This document shows positions 1 to 9,579 of a stretch of 64,000 bases of DNA, in pieces. The DNA lies in the IMG/VR virus record IMGVR_UViG_2061766007_000285. One strand, given 5' to 3'. How positions within the stretch are numbered: the stretch's first letter is position 1; every line of letters starts with the position of its first letter. The stretch is from an uncultured virus (IMG/VR IMGVR_UViG_2061766007_000285) (lineage: Duplodnaviria > Heunggongvirae > Uroviricota > Caudoviricetes). Made by a program: the position numbers and the translations under genes. A model generated the notes under the pieces. That model searched no databases and was not told the DNA's origin. It saw only the letters and a list, made by a program, of their open reading frames with translations.

Positions 1-614
1 CTGCCCATCCCCTATCCCGTTTACATCAACGAGATTGCGCTGGTATTCATCTACGGGCGACCCGTGAAATGGACGCAACTCTCGGAGGGGACGGACGATG
101 CCTTCAAGGCTTACCTCGACTTCATCAAGGATTCCCACTTCAACAGCAAGATTCGCCAATGCAAGCGGCTGGCCGGTGCAGAGACGGAATCGGCCATGCT
201 TTTCAGGTGCTATCGTGATGAGGACGGGGCTTCGGCTTGCCAAATCAGGGTGTTGGCTCGGAGCAAGGGCGATGAGATTTACACCATGTTTGACCAATTC
301 GAGAACCTGATTGCCTTCGCGTGGGGCTACTACCTAAAGGATGACAAGGAGGGTGCCGTGTACCACTTCGATGTGTACACAAGGAAAGTCATCTACCATT
401 GCACAAAGAAGTCGATTGGCTGGGATGTGGTCGAGGAAATCAACTTCGTGGGGAAAATCCCCGTGATTTATTTCCGTCAGGAAAAGGAATGGGATGGCGT
501 TGAGGCGTTGATTGACCGTGAGGAAAACATCGCTTCAGGCACCGCCGACACCAACGACTACTTCGCCGACCCGATTTCCATCATGTCGGCTGAAATCATC
601 AAGAATCTTCCCGA
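1..614 (+). CDS. Portal protein, internal fragment (SPP1-like)
   Basis: Open frame overlapping the portal pieces at 60513-60872, 59007-59294 and 57388-58065 (PIPYPVYINEIALVFIYG...GKIPVIYF...DTNDYFADP); truncated by N gap. Confidence 0.8.
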
Positions 615-805
615 NNNNNNNNNNNNNNNNNNNNNNNNNNNNNNNNNNNNNNNNNNNNNNNNNNNNNNNNNNNNNNNNNNNNNNNNNNNNNNNNNNNNNN
701 NNNNNNNNNNNNNNNNNNNNNNNNNNNNNNNNNNNNNNNNNNNNCAGCCTGAAAGCCCTTTCCCAGCTTTCGGCCAAGGCTTTGAAAACCGTGATNNNNN
801 NNNNN

Positions 806-2633
806 TGAATTTACGGCATGGACGCAACGGAACACCGCCGCCCGTGACGCTTTCCTTGCGAGGTCGGAAAAGGGTTTGAACCTATCCGATAGGGTTTGGA
901 AATCGGTCAGGCAGTTGCGGGATGAAATGGAGGTTGCAATGACAGTGAGCATGGGCGAGGGTAAGTCGGCCAGCGCAATGTCGAGGGAGGTCAGGCAGTA
1001 CCTCAACGACCCCGATTTGATGTTCAGGCGTTTCCGCTATAAGAAGGGCGAGGATGCCGAGGGCAACCCCATCTACGGCCGCAAGTGGAAAAAGNNNNNN
1101 NNNNCGAATTTACGGCATGGACACAGCGCAACACCGCCGCCCGTGACGCTTTCCTTGCGAGGTCGGAAAAGGGCTTGAACTTGTCCGATAGGGTTTGGAA
1201 ATCGGTCATGCAGTTGCGGGACGAGCTGGAGGTGGCCGTTACCGTCTCGATGGGTGAAGGCAAGTCGGCCAGCGCGATGTCGAGGGAGGTGAGGCAGTAC
1301 CTGAACGACCCTGATTTGATGTTCAGGCGTTTCCGCTATAAGAAGGGCGAGGATAAGGACGGCAATCCCGTGTACGGCCGCAAGTGGAAAAAGCGGGTGA
1401 AGGATGAGGCCACGGGAAAATACAAGTGGATTGACTACGACCGCGATTCATACAAGACGGGCGCGGGTGTCTATAAGTCGTCAGCAAAGAACGCCATGCG
1501 CCTGACCCGCACCGAGACCAACATCGCCTACCGCCGTGCCGACCATGAGCGGTGGCAGCAGATGGATTTTGTGGTAGGCCAGCGGGTGCAGTTGTCAAGG
1601 ATGCACCCCAAGCCCGATATCTGCGACAAACTCCAAGGGGATTATCCAAAGGACTTTGTTTTCGATGGCTGGCACCCTCAATGCTTTTGCTACGCCACGC
1701 CCATACTGTTGCCTGACGCGGAGACNNNNNNNNNNTCAGCGGGTTCGTGTTTCAAAAAAACATCCGAAACCCGATATCTGCGACAAGTTACAAGGTGACT
1801 ATCCAAAAGAGTTCGTTTTCGATGGCTGGCATCCTCAATGCTTTTGCTACGCCACGCCCATACTGTTGCCTGACGCGGAGACTGACTTCATGGAGGACTG
1901 GTTCCTTGAGGGCAAGGATTGGGAGGGCGAGCTGAAGCGGCGGGCGGAGGCTCGTATGGTTAGGGACTATCCCGAAGGCTTCAAGGACTGGGTGGCCGGA
2001 CACGCGGAGGACATCAAGGCGGCGCGGCGGCGCGGCACGGAGCCGTACTTCATCCGCGAGAACGCCGCCATCGTTGACCGGTTCATGGGGGTGGAGGGCG
2101 GCAAACAACCTGAAAAGGACATCCACGACCAAATGGACACCTCATCGCCAAGGAAGAAAGCCGCGATGAAAGTGCATTACTTCAAGGGCGACTTGAAGCA
2201 GTTCGCCACGGAGTTGCTGACCAATAAGAAGGGCAACGGTCAGGTGGTGAATTTGGCCGAAATAGACAAGGCTATCGTGAAGGAAATGGAGAAAAACAAC
2301 GTGAGGCTGCAAGCGATGGCGGTGGTGGCGATGCAAAACACTGTCTTCAAGTATGCCAACCACCCGAAAGCGAAGAAGGGCGCGGTGGTTCCCGTTGGGG
2401 ATTACGACCTCATAGAAAAGGCGTTGAAGCAACCCCTTCATATCTACCAGGACACGGCGCAAAAGGATTTGGTGTATGTCTATACCTATCCCTACGACAA
2501 AGGCAGGCTGGTGAAGGTTGTGGTGCATCCCAATTTCAAGGTGAACGGGAAACTCACGATAAACAATGCGAAATCGTGGGGAATAGTTGATGAAAGCAAG
2601 ATGAACGCCCCTCAATACAAACTCATCAAATAA
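806..2633 (+). CDS. MuF/SPP1 gp7-like minor head protein with C-terminal toxin-like extension (fragmented by gaps, alleles duplicated)
   Basis: RLTRTETNIAY and CDKLQGDYPK..GWHPQCFC motifs; N-terminus at 57093-57380(-) follows the portal; extra ~160-aa C-terminal domain at 2150-2633. Confidence 0.8.
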
Positions 2634-2634
2634 G

Positions 2635-2659
2635 AAACGGGGCCTGATTGACCCCGTTT
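2635..2659. terminator. Intrinsic terminator hairpin, possibly bidirectional
   Basis: AAACGGGG-N9-CCCCGTTT; T-rich tail on the minus strand (TTTCTTATTT). Confidence 0.65.
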
Positions 2660-2741
2660 GAGTTGGCGGAGGGAGTCGAACCCTCAATATAAAGCGGCTT
2701 GCGCCGGTTCCCCGCTACCATGTTGCGACCATCAACCAACT
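2660..2741 (-). ncRNA. tRNA-like (degenerate) small RNA, convergent with MuF-toxin gene
   Basis: Minus strand has T-arm GAGGG-TTCGACT-CCCTC, acceptor-like AGTTGG/CCAACT pairing and an AGCGG/CCGCT stem; no canonical D or anticodon arm; -7 box TATTTTTG at 2769-2762 upstream. Confidence 0.5.
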
Positions 2742-2818
2742 TGTCTTGCAAACAGACGATGCAAAAATACACAATAATCGGCATAGCAAACACAAAAAAC
2801 GAAAAAAATTCAAAAAAA

Positions 2819-3247
2819 ATGGAAAAAAACCTGAAAAAGGACTACGAGGACGCCGTTGATGCCTACCTGAAGGCGTTCTGCGAGATGTACGGACTGCAAT
2901 ACGATGAGGATTGCTGGGTAGGCCGCGAGCCTGGCACCGTGGCCGGGGTGGGCGACTACTTCTTCGGCTTCGATGACATCAGGCGTTGCGTTGACGAGGG
3001 CTACGAGTGGGACGAGGTGCTGGAGTGGTACGACTATTGCGTTGAGGCGGGCATGTACGGCATCGCCACGCCCAACCTGAAAAGCTGGATGATGGGATGC
3101 CCCCACCTGAACGGGCCCGAGATGGAGCGCATACGAGCCGCCAGCCGCCGCGTGGAAGAGGCCAAGGCCGCTTTGGAGGCCGAGATAAGGGAATTGACCC
3201 AAAAGGAAAAGAAAACCGCCCACAGGCCAAGGAACGGCGGCTTTTGA
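2819..3247 (+). CDS. Hypothetical phage protein
   Basis: 142-aa ORF with A-rich upstream region (YLKAFCEMY..WVG..G..DYFFGFDDIR). Confidence 0.7.
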   Translation: MEKNLKKDYEDAVDAYLKAFCEMYGLQYDEDCWVGREPGTVAGVGDYFFGFDDIRRCVDEGYEWDEVLEWYDYCVEAGMYGIATPNLKSWMMGCPHLNGPEMERIRAASRRVEEAKAALEAEIRELTQKEKKTAHRPRNGGF

Positions 3248-3319
3248 GCCTTTTCTTTCTTTCCGCGCAACCTTTCTTTCTTTCCGTGGCCTCCCTTGGG
3301 GGGCTGCGGATTGTTTTTT

Positions 3320-3915
3320 CCAAATTCAAAAATTCAAAAATTCAAAAATTCAAAAAACAAAAAAATCGCCTTCTTTATTTCTTTATTTCTTTATTTCTTT
3401 AAATATAATATTAATATTAATGATTAATGGTAGAATATTACCTCGCGCGAGGGCTGCGTTTCGGTTTGTCGTGCCGTTTGGTGTGCCGTTTGCAGTGCTT
3501 TTTGTTGTGTTTTTTGTTGTGTTACTTTTCCGAAACCGCCTTTGCAACACAATGAAAGCCAAAGCGTTACGAGCCAATTTTGTTGTGTTATCTGTTGTGT
3601 CGTTTGTTGTTCCGTTTGCCGTTCCGTTTGTGTTTCGGTCTGCGTTCCGCGCTGGATTAGGGTATAAACTATGGTGTAAACTATGGTATAAACCAGGGTA
3701 TAAAGCCCATGCCCGCTGCTGACTGCCTAAATACCTGCATTTCAGCGGTTTGTTGTGTGGATTATGGTATAAAGCCAAGGCGACAAAGGGGCGGTTTTGG
3801 GTATAAAATAGGGTATAAACCATGGTATAAAACGGGTATTTGTGGCGGTGTGGCTATATGGCTGTATTCCATTTTGTTAGGTGCTGAATTAGGGTATAAA
3901 GCAGGGTATAAAAGG
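3320..3915. repeat. Short tandem repeat region: (AAATTCAA)n, (TTTATTTC)n and 12-bp-period GTGCCGTTTG and GGTATAAA repeats
   Basis: Directly visible; about ten GGT(A/G)TAAA units between 3660 and 3912. Confidence 0.8.
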
Positions 3916-3983
3916 CGGACGGCCTCGAGCGTTGCCGCCCTTGGCCGTCCGGCTGGTGATTCAGGTTGCGTTGAAAAACCCGC

Positions 3984-4178
3984 TCAAACGCCCGCCACGA
4001 TGCGGAGCGTCTCGGTGTGGAGGTCTTGGTAGGCGGTCAGTATGTCGATGGCGGCCTCGTCCCCCTTGTCGTGGTCGGTGGCGGCGGCCTGCACGGCCTT
4101 GGCCATCTCCACAACGGCCTTGTCCATGCCGCCGATGGCCGCGAATGCGGCGGCAACCCTCTCGTTGTCGCTAATCAT
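3984..4178 (-). CDS. Hypothetical protein (antirepressor operon)
   Basis: 64-aa ORF, overlapping stop/start with upstream gene. Confidence 0.55.
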   Translation of the reverse strand: MISDNERVAAAFAAIGGMDKAVVEMAKAVQAAATDHDKGDEAAIDILTAYQDLHTETLRIVAGV

Positions 4179-4414
4179 TGCGCGCCTCCTTTCGTGTTGA
4201 GTTCTTCATTGACCCTTTGCAGGTTGCGGATGATGTAGCTGATTTCCACGCACATTATTGTCAGCTCCTTGTCGCCGTCGGCGTCGGCAACGAGGCGGGG
4301 CAGTATGCCGGTGATGGTTTGGATGTCGCTGTCTAGTTGGCTCTCCCCTTTCGGCCTGATGCCTATTCCGAGGTATTCGGCGGTCTTCGGGTAGTTTTGG
4401 CTGTTGAAAATCAT
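4175..4414 (-). CDS. Hypothetical protein (antirepressor operon)
   Basis: 79-aa ORF ending KGGAQ, translationally coupled. Confidence 0.6.
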   Translation of the reverse strand: MIFNSQNYPKTAEYLGIGIRPKGESQLDSDIQTITGILPRLVADADGDKELTIMCVEISYIIRNLQRVNEELNTKGGAQ

Positions 4415-4731
4415 AGCGCGCCTCCTTTCCCGCCTTGTTCGCCGGCGAAGCGTTCGAGGTTGTCGTCAATCATGGAGCCCAGCACGCTCTCGATGCCGCG
4501 CTGGATTTCGGTGAGTTTCGCCTCGATGCCGAGGGCTTCGATGCGCTGGCGGTAGTGGTCGCTGCCGAGGGTGGTTTTGCACGATAGGGCGGAGTAGCCG
4601 AGCAGGTTGCAGTCGGCCTTGAGCTTGTCGATGCCGCGCATGAGCGACTTGGCGTAGATGAGGTTGCACATGGCGTTGCCGTTGTGGGTCTCGCGCGCCT
4701 TTTCCCATTGTTTGTCGAAGCGGGTGTTCAT
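4411..4731 (-). CDS. Hypothetical protein (antirepressor operon)
   Basis: MNTRFDKQWEK... coupled to the antirepressor stop. Confidence 0.6.
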   Translation of the reverse strand: MNTRFDKQWEKARETHNGNAMCNLIYAKSLMRGIDKLKADCNLLGYSALSCKTTLGSDHYRQRIEALGIEAKLTEIQRGIESVLGSMIDDNLERFAGEQGGKGGAL

Positions 4732-5768
4732 TGCGCACCTCCTTCCTCGATGATGACGGTTTCGGACGGCCTCCAGTTGGGGTCGATGTGGAATACGGTT
4801 TCGGGCTGGGCTGGCTGGGCCTGACGCTGCGCGGCCTGTGCCGCGGTGCGCCGCCGCCATTGGGCGAGGGCGTTGTGGAGCATGGCGCGCCCCGCCTCGG
4901 TGACGACCGTGGAGATGTTGCTGCCTATGCTGCCGTCAGCCTTGACGAACTTGCAGGTGCGGGTGGCGAACCAGCCCCTGCCCGTGTAGCGGCTCATGGG
5001 CATCCATTGCCCGCTTTGGTAGTAGAGGATTCCCGCGAGGTGCGCCCACGCGGTGAACTTGTAGACTGACGGGAAGCCCAAGTCCTTCGATACCTGCGTG
5101 AGGGTGTAGGTGGAGTTGCTTTGCAGCACCTCCTTGGTGTAGTCGGCCAGCGGGGCGAGCGCCTTGATTTCGGCTGACTGCGCCTCGATGGTGCCTTGCG
5201 CGGCCTGGATTTGCGCCTGCTTTTCGTCAAGCCTCTTTTGAAGCACCTGCATGGCGTGGGCAATGACGGCATCGTCATCGCTGACAGTTGCAACGCCTTC
5301 GCGGGCGAGTTCCTTGATGCGGTCGTTGCACCAAATAGCGAATTGAGGTGAAAGCCAGCGGGCAAATTCGATGGCTACATCCTCGTGCATCCACGTGCCT
5401 TGTTGCTTGGNNNNNNNNNNCCCGCTCTTGCGGATGGCGGGAAGCACCTCCTCGCACACCCATTCCTGGAACGGCTCGGCCATCGGTTTGTCGCTCCGCA
5501 TGATGAGGCGGTACATGTTTGCCTCGTTGATGTACAACAGTTGTTGCTTGCCTCCAGCCGTAGGGGTGTAGATTGAAACTACCCCCTTTTGATTGAGGTA
5601 CTTCTTTTTCGCATCGCTTGCGTTCTTGATTTCAAGAGCGCGGCATAGGTCTGCGAGGCAGAAGTAGGGATTGTCAGGCGTGCCAGCCGTGCGGATTGTT
5701 CCGAACTCATCGGAATTGAACACTTGGATTGCGGTCTCTCCCGCCGTCTCATTCTTACTCGTTAGCAT
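4728..5768 (-). CDS. Phage antirepressor (BRO-N, KilA-N-like remnant, KilAC C-terminus); gap-joined, possibly chimeric between alleles
   Basis: QVFNSDEFGTIRT...FCLADLCRAL...FQEWVCEEVLPAIRK (BRO-N); GTWMHEDVAIEFARWLSPQF (KilA-N); STVVTEAGRAML (KilAC). Confidence 0.85.
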   Translation of the reverse strand: MLTSKNETAGETAIQVFNSDEFGTIRTAGTPDNPYFCLADLCRALEIKNASDAKKKYLNQKGVVSIYTPTAGGKQQLLYINEANMYRLIMRSDKPMAEPFQEWVCEEVLPAIRKSGXXXXKQQGTWMHEDVAIEFARWLSPQFAIWCNDRIKELAREGVATVSDDDAVIAHAMQVLQKRLDEKQAQIQAAQGTIEAQSAEIKALAPLADYTKEVLQSNSTYTLTQVSKDLGFPSVYKFTAWAHLAGILYYQSGQWMPMSRYTGRGWFATRTCKFVKADGSIGSNISTVVTEAGRAMLHNALAQWRRRTAAQAAQRQAQPAQPETVFHIDPNWRPSETVIIEEGGAQ

Positions 5769-5927
5769 CTTGATAAGAATTGCGACAAAAAGCAACGCCC
5801 CCGTAGGTGTGCTAATCCATACGCAGGGCGTTATTGGTTGCAGGCGTTTCCGTTGCTGCCACCGTAGAGGCGTTGCCGTTTATCGGTTCAAAATAAAGTC
5901 GTGATTATTTGCCCCGNNNNNNNNNNC

Positions 5928-6167
5928 AGCCGTAGGGGTGTGTATCAAATACACCCCCTTTTGATTGACGCTTCTTTTGGCATTGTTTGTTGTAAGTTCA
6001 AGTACACGGCAAATGTCAACAAGGCAGAACATTGGATTTTCAGCCGTGCCAGCGGTGCGGATTGTTCCGAATTGCTCGGAGTTGAAGATTTGGATTACGG
6101 ACTCTTCCGCCAAAGGGGTGTCGGTTGAACCACCCCCCCTTTGATTTTCATTCTTACTATTAGACAT
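5928..6167 (-). CDS. Second BRO-N antirepressor allele, N-terminal fragment
   Basis: MSNSKNE...QIFNSEQFGTIRTAGT; same upstream leader as 5768; ends in N gap. Confidence 0.7.
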
Positions 6168-6559
6168 TTTCATAAGAATTGCGACAAAAAGCAACGCCCC
6201 TGTAGGTGTGTCTATCCATACAAAGGGCGTTTGTTGGTTGCAGGTGTTTCCATTGCTGCCACCTTGGAGGCGTTGCCGTTTATCGGTTCAAAATAAAGTC
6301 GTGATTATTTGCCCCGATTTGTATGAATTAGCGACGCAAAAATACGGCTTTTTTCGGTACGCGCAAGATAAATTTTCGTGCGCCGTCCTATGCAAGTGCC
6401 TGATAGATACCTTTTTTTGTGTGGTTTTGGTGTCTGTTGGGTACTTGTTCGGGTCGCAAAGGTCGGGAAAAATCCATTGAAGTCAAGTGTTTTTCGGGAA
6501 AATGTGGCGATTTGTTGAAAAAAAGCGGATTTTTTCGGGTGGTGCCTGATAGGTAGCGG

Positions 6560-6829
6560 TCAGTTTTTGCCGCTTCTTTTCTTCGTGTCGCGGGCTTTGA
6601 GCCACGCTCGCAGGTCGGCGGCGGTCAGTCCCATGTTGCGGAGGTTGTTCCTGACGATGAACTCGGGGATGGGGTCGATGTGGGTTTGGAACACCACGGG
6701 TCGGAGCATCCCTTCCTTGTTCCATTTCTCGTGTCCCGTGTTGCCCGACTCGACTTCCTTGAGTCCCTTGTCTGAAAGAAACTGCCTGAAGTCGGCGATT
6801 GAGATGTTGCCGGTGCGGTAGGTGTTCAT
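6560..6829 (-). CDS. hicA: HicA-like toxin (mRNA interferase)
   Basis: 89 aa; FRQFLSDKGL..GHEKW..RPVVFQTH..PIPEFIVRNNLRNMG; adjacent to HicB-like gene. Confidence 0.7.
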   Translation of the reverse strand: MNTYRTGNISIADFRQFLSDKGLKEVESGNTGHEKWNKEGMLRPVVFQTHIDPIPEFIVRNNLRNMGLTAADLRAWLKARDTKKRSGKN

Positions 6830-7191
6830 GCGAGTGCGCAGGTGGTGTTGAGGTTGGTCTTCATGTAGGAGCCTGCAACGAGTGTGCGCAGTTGCTCGTT
6901 CATTCCGAGCAGTTCGGACAATGGCGGCTCGTTGCCCTTGGCCTTGCCGATGTGCCAGCCGTGGGCGGAGAGGTCGGCGCGGAGCGTTCCGTTTCGCATC
7001 TGCCATGCGAGGTAGTCGGCCAGCATGGCCTCGAAGTCGGCCTTTGCCTTGGCCTCGTCATGGTCGTAGCCGGAGAGGTCGAGCGATGGGCAGTAGGCAA
7101 TATAGACATCGCCTTCCTTGAAGGTGAACAACGAGACGCTGATTTCAACGCCTCCGTTGCTGTCGAAGCTGATGTAGTTGCTTGTTTTCAT
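6826..7191 (-). CDS. hicB: HicB-like antitoxin
   Basis: FKEGDVYIAYCPSLDLSGYDHDEAKAKADF; overlaps hicA start. Confidence 0.7.
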   Translation of the reverse strand: MKTSNYISFDSNGGVEISVSLFTFKEGDVYIAYCPSLDLSGYDHDEAKAKADFEAMLADYLAWQMRNGTLRADLSAHGWHIGKAKGNEPPLSELLGMNEQLRTLVAGSYMKTNLNTTCALA

Positions 7192-7451
7192 GCCGCAATC
7201 CTCATTGTTGAATGGTAGGTGATGAATGTGTAGTCCTTGGGGCCTTCGGAGCAACGCTGCACGATGAAGGTGCCTTGTGGATAGGTCTTTTGCGCCTCGG
7301 TGACGGCCTCGGCGAAGGTGGCGAAGTCGCCCACCACGCGCTGCCCCGCGATGACGATGTAGCGGCCATCGTACCGCCCTACGAGTTCGTCCTGGTGCTG
7401 GAGGTAGTATTGGAACTCGCGCTCCAGCGTTGGTTTCATCTCTTCTGCCAT
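7188..7451 (-). CDS. Small DUF5678-like protein
   Basis: EREFQYYLQHQDELVGRYDGRYIVIAGQRVVG; -7 box TACCTTTG at 7486-7479. Confidence 0.6.
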   Translation of the reverse strand: MAEEMKPTLEREFQYYLQHQDELVGRYDGRYIVIAGQRVVGDFATFAEAVTEAQKTYPQGTFIVQRCSEGPKDYTFITYHSTMRIAA

Positions 7452-7659
7452 GTGTGTTTCCGTGTTGGTTTCAGGCTGCAAAGGTAGGCGTTTTTCGGGA
7501 AACGGCAAGGGGTTGGGCGATTTTTTTTCGGTGCAAGTGTTTAATAATGTGTGTTTTAGGACTTGTTAGGTACTTTTTCGGGCTGTGCTTTTATAGGCTG
7601 GTTTTCAGCGTGTTTTATGAAAGAAAGGTGACCAAAGGCAACGAAAAGCAAATTTTTTT

Positions 7660-7700
7660 GGTACTTGTTAGGTATCATTTTGAAAACTTGCGTATTTTTG
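7660..7700 (+). promoter_or_regulatory. Head-operon promoter: 17-bp operator-like site plus Bacteroidetes -7 box (duplicated at 7828-7868)
   Basis: GGTACTTGTTAGGTATC then TATTTTTG (TAnnTTTG) upstream of scaffold gene. Confidence 0.6.
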
Positions 7701-7904
7701 CCGCTGAATTTGGTTTCAAACTTAAATGAGTGAATTATGANNNNNNNNNNATGTGATTTTATGGGCTGGTTTTCAGCGTGTTTTGTGAAACAAAGGCGAC
7801 CAAAGGCAACAAGAAGCAAAATTTTTTGGTACTTGTTAGGTATCATTTTGAAAACTTACGTATTTTTGCCGCTGAATTTGGTTTCAAACTTAAATGAGTG
7901 AATT

Positions 7905-8796
7905 ATGAACACAAAACTTCGTAAGACCATTTCCGAGCTGTGCAAGGACATGGGATTAACTGAAAAGGCATTGGACGAACTCGCTGAATTGGGTTCGCAA
8001 GGCCTTACTGACACCTCGACCGATGAGGACATCAAGAAAGCTGCGGATTCGCTTGTACCTTACGCAAAGCTGATGCAGGGCGAAATCACAAGGAAGACCA
8101 GCAAGCGCAATCAGACNNNNNNNNNNCAAAATTACGTAAGACCATTTCCGAGCTGTGTAAGGATATGGGATTAACTGAAAAGGCATTGGACGAACTCGCT
8201 GAAATCGGGTCGCAAGGCCTTACCGACACCTCAACCGATGAGGAAATCAAGAATGCTGCGGATTCGCTTGTACCTTACGCCAAGCTGATGCAGGGCGAAA
8301 TCACAAGGAAGACCAGCAAGCGCAATCAGACNNNNNNNNNNTTTTGACGACATTCAGGGAATCATCGATGCCGCCCAAGACAAGGTCGTTTTNNNNNNNN
8401 NNCCCAAAGCCAAAGAAAAAGGACGATGGGGATGAGGGTGATGACGATGACGATGACAAAGGAATCGCCGCTATTGTTGCCAAGCAATTAGCCCCGTTCA
8501 AGGAGCAGATGGATAAACTGCAGTCCGAGAACGATGCGCTGAAAGCTGAAAAGGCCAAGGGTGAGCGTGACGCACTCATCGCCGCCGAAGCCAAGAAACT
8601 TGGAATCCCCGACTATCTTATCAAGCGCATTGCCATCGCTGACGATGCCGATGTGGCGAAGGAGCTGGCGGCTTTCAAGCAGGACTTGGTAAACAACAAC
8701 CTGATGCCAAAGGATGCGGCATCGGTGACGGCTGGGACTGACGACCAAATGAAAGCGGCTGCAAAGTCGTGGGCTGAATCCCTGCCCGATAAGTAA
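7905..8796 (+). CDS. Head scaffolding protein (fragmented by gaps)
   Basis: Acidic and coiled-coil protein just before decoration and capsid genes. Confidence 0.65.
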
Positions 8797-8835
8797 GGCA
8801 TCCGTAATTATTCACCCTTAAAATTCGCAGTAACA

Positions 8836-9573
8836 ATGCCTATCGAATTTAAGAAAACGACCTACAAGGGTCACACCCCCGAAATTTGGCGTGGTGAATG
8901 TAAGATGCTGCCTGGCGGCTTCAAGCCGAAAAACACCATTTCAACGGGTACGGTGCTGAACCGTGGCCTGCTGTGTCAGGTGTTCTTCGACACGATGGAG
9001 GCCGCTGTGGTCAAGGTGGCCAAGGTGCTGACCGGCGGCACCACCTCCAAAGCCCGCGTTGCCAAGGGTCATCTTTTCGCCGTTGGCGATGTGGTGTTCA
9101 AGGTCGGTAAGAACGACAAGTCCGTTACCGTTTCGAAAATCGACACCAGCAATGCCGATTACGATGTGCTGGAACTTTCAGCCGCCATCACCGGCCTGAC
9201 CACCAACGATGTGCTGTGTGAGGCCTTGCCTTACGGCTATATCGATGCCGAATCGGGTGACGAAGGCGCATTGAAGATTGTCGCCTCCAACCCGAGCGAT
9301 GGCCAAATCGCCCTCGCTTCCGTGACCCCGTACCTTGGCGAAAAGACGCTTGCAGCTAACGACTACGTGAAGTTGCAGAACGCCGCTCCCCTCTACACGC
9401 CCAACATGATTGTCGGAGCCGTGAAAACCTTTGACGGCAAGGGTCTGCCGACCATTGATGCCGCCTACGAAGCCGTTGTCCTTTATCCGAGCCTGAACTT
9501 CCCCTTGCTGGATGATTGGCTGAACGGCTGCTGCCTCAAGTCTAACCCGAACATCTTGTTCATCAAACAGTAA
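8836..9573 (+). CDS. Head decoration-like structural protein
   Basis: 245 aa between scaffold and major capsid; GGF..GT motif. Confidence 0.6.
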   Translation: MPIEFKKTTYKGHTPEIWRGECKMLPGGFKPKNTISTGTVLNRGLLCQVFFDTMEAAVVKVAKVLTGGTTSKARVAKGHLFAVGDVVFKVGKNDKSVTVSKIDTSNADYDVLELSAAITGLTTNDVLCEALPYGYIDAESGDEGALKIVASNPSDGQIALASVTPYLGEKTLAANDYVKLQNAAPLYTPNMIVGAVKTFDGKGLPTIDAAYEAVVLYPSLNFPLLDDWLNGCCLKSNPNILFIKQ

Positions 9574-9579
9574 TGAGCC

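Noticed and set aside
3383..3823. 146-aa minus-strand ORF and possible CRISPR array
   Set aside because: The ORF arises from stop-free short tandem repeats; units are 8-12 bp without unique spacers and no cas genes are present
8342..8392. Capsid-gene sequence inserted in the scaffold gene
   Set aside because: A ~50-nt copy of ~10174-10223 isolated between two N gaps; misplaced contig
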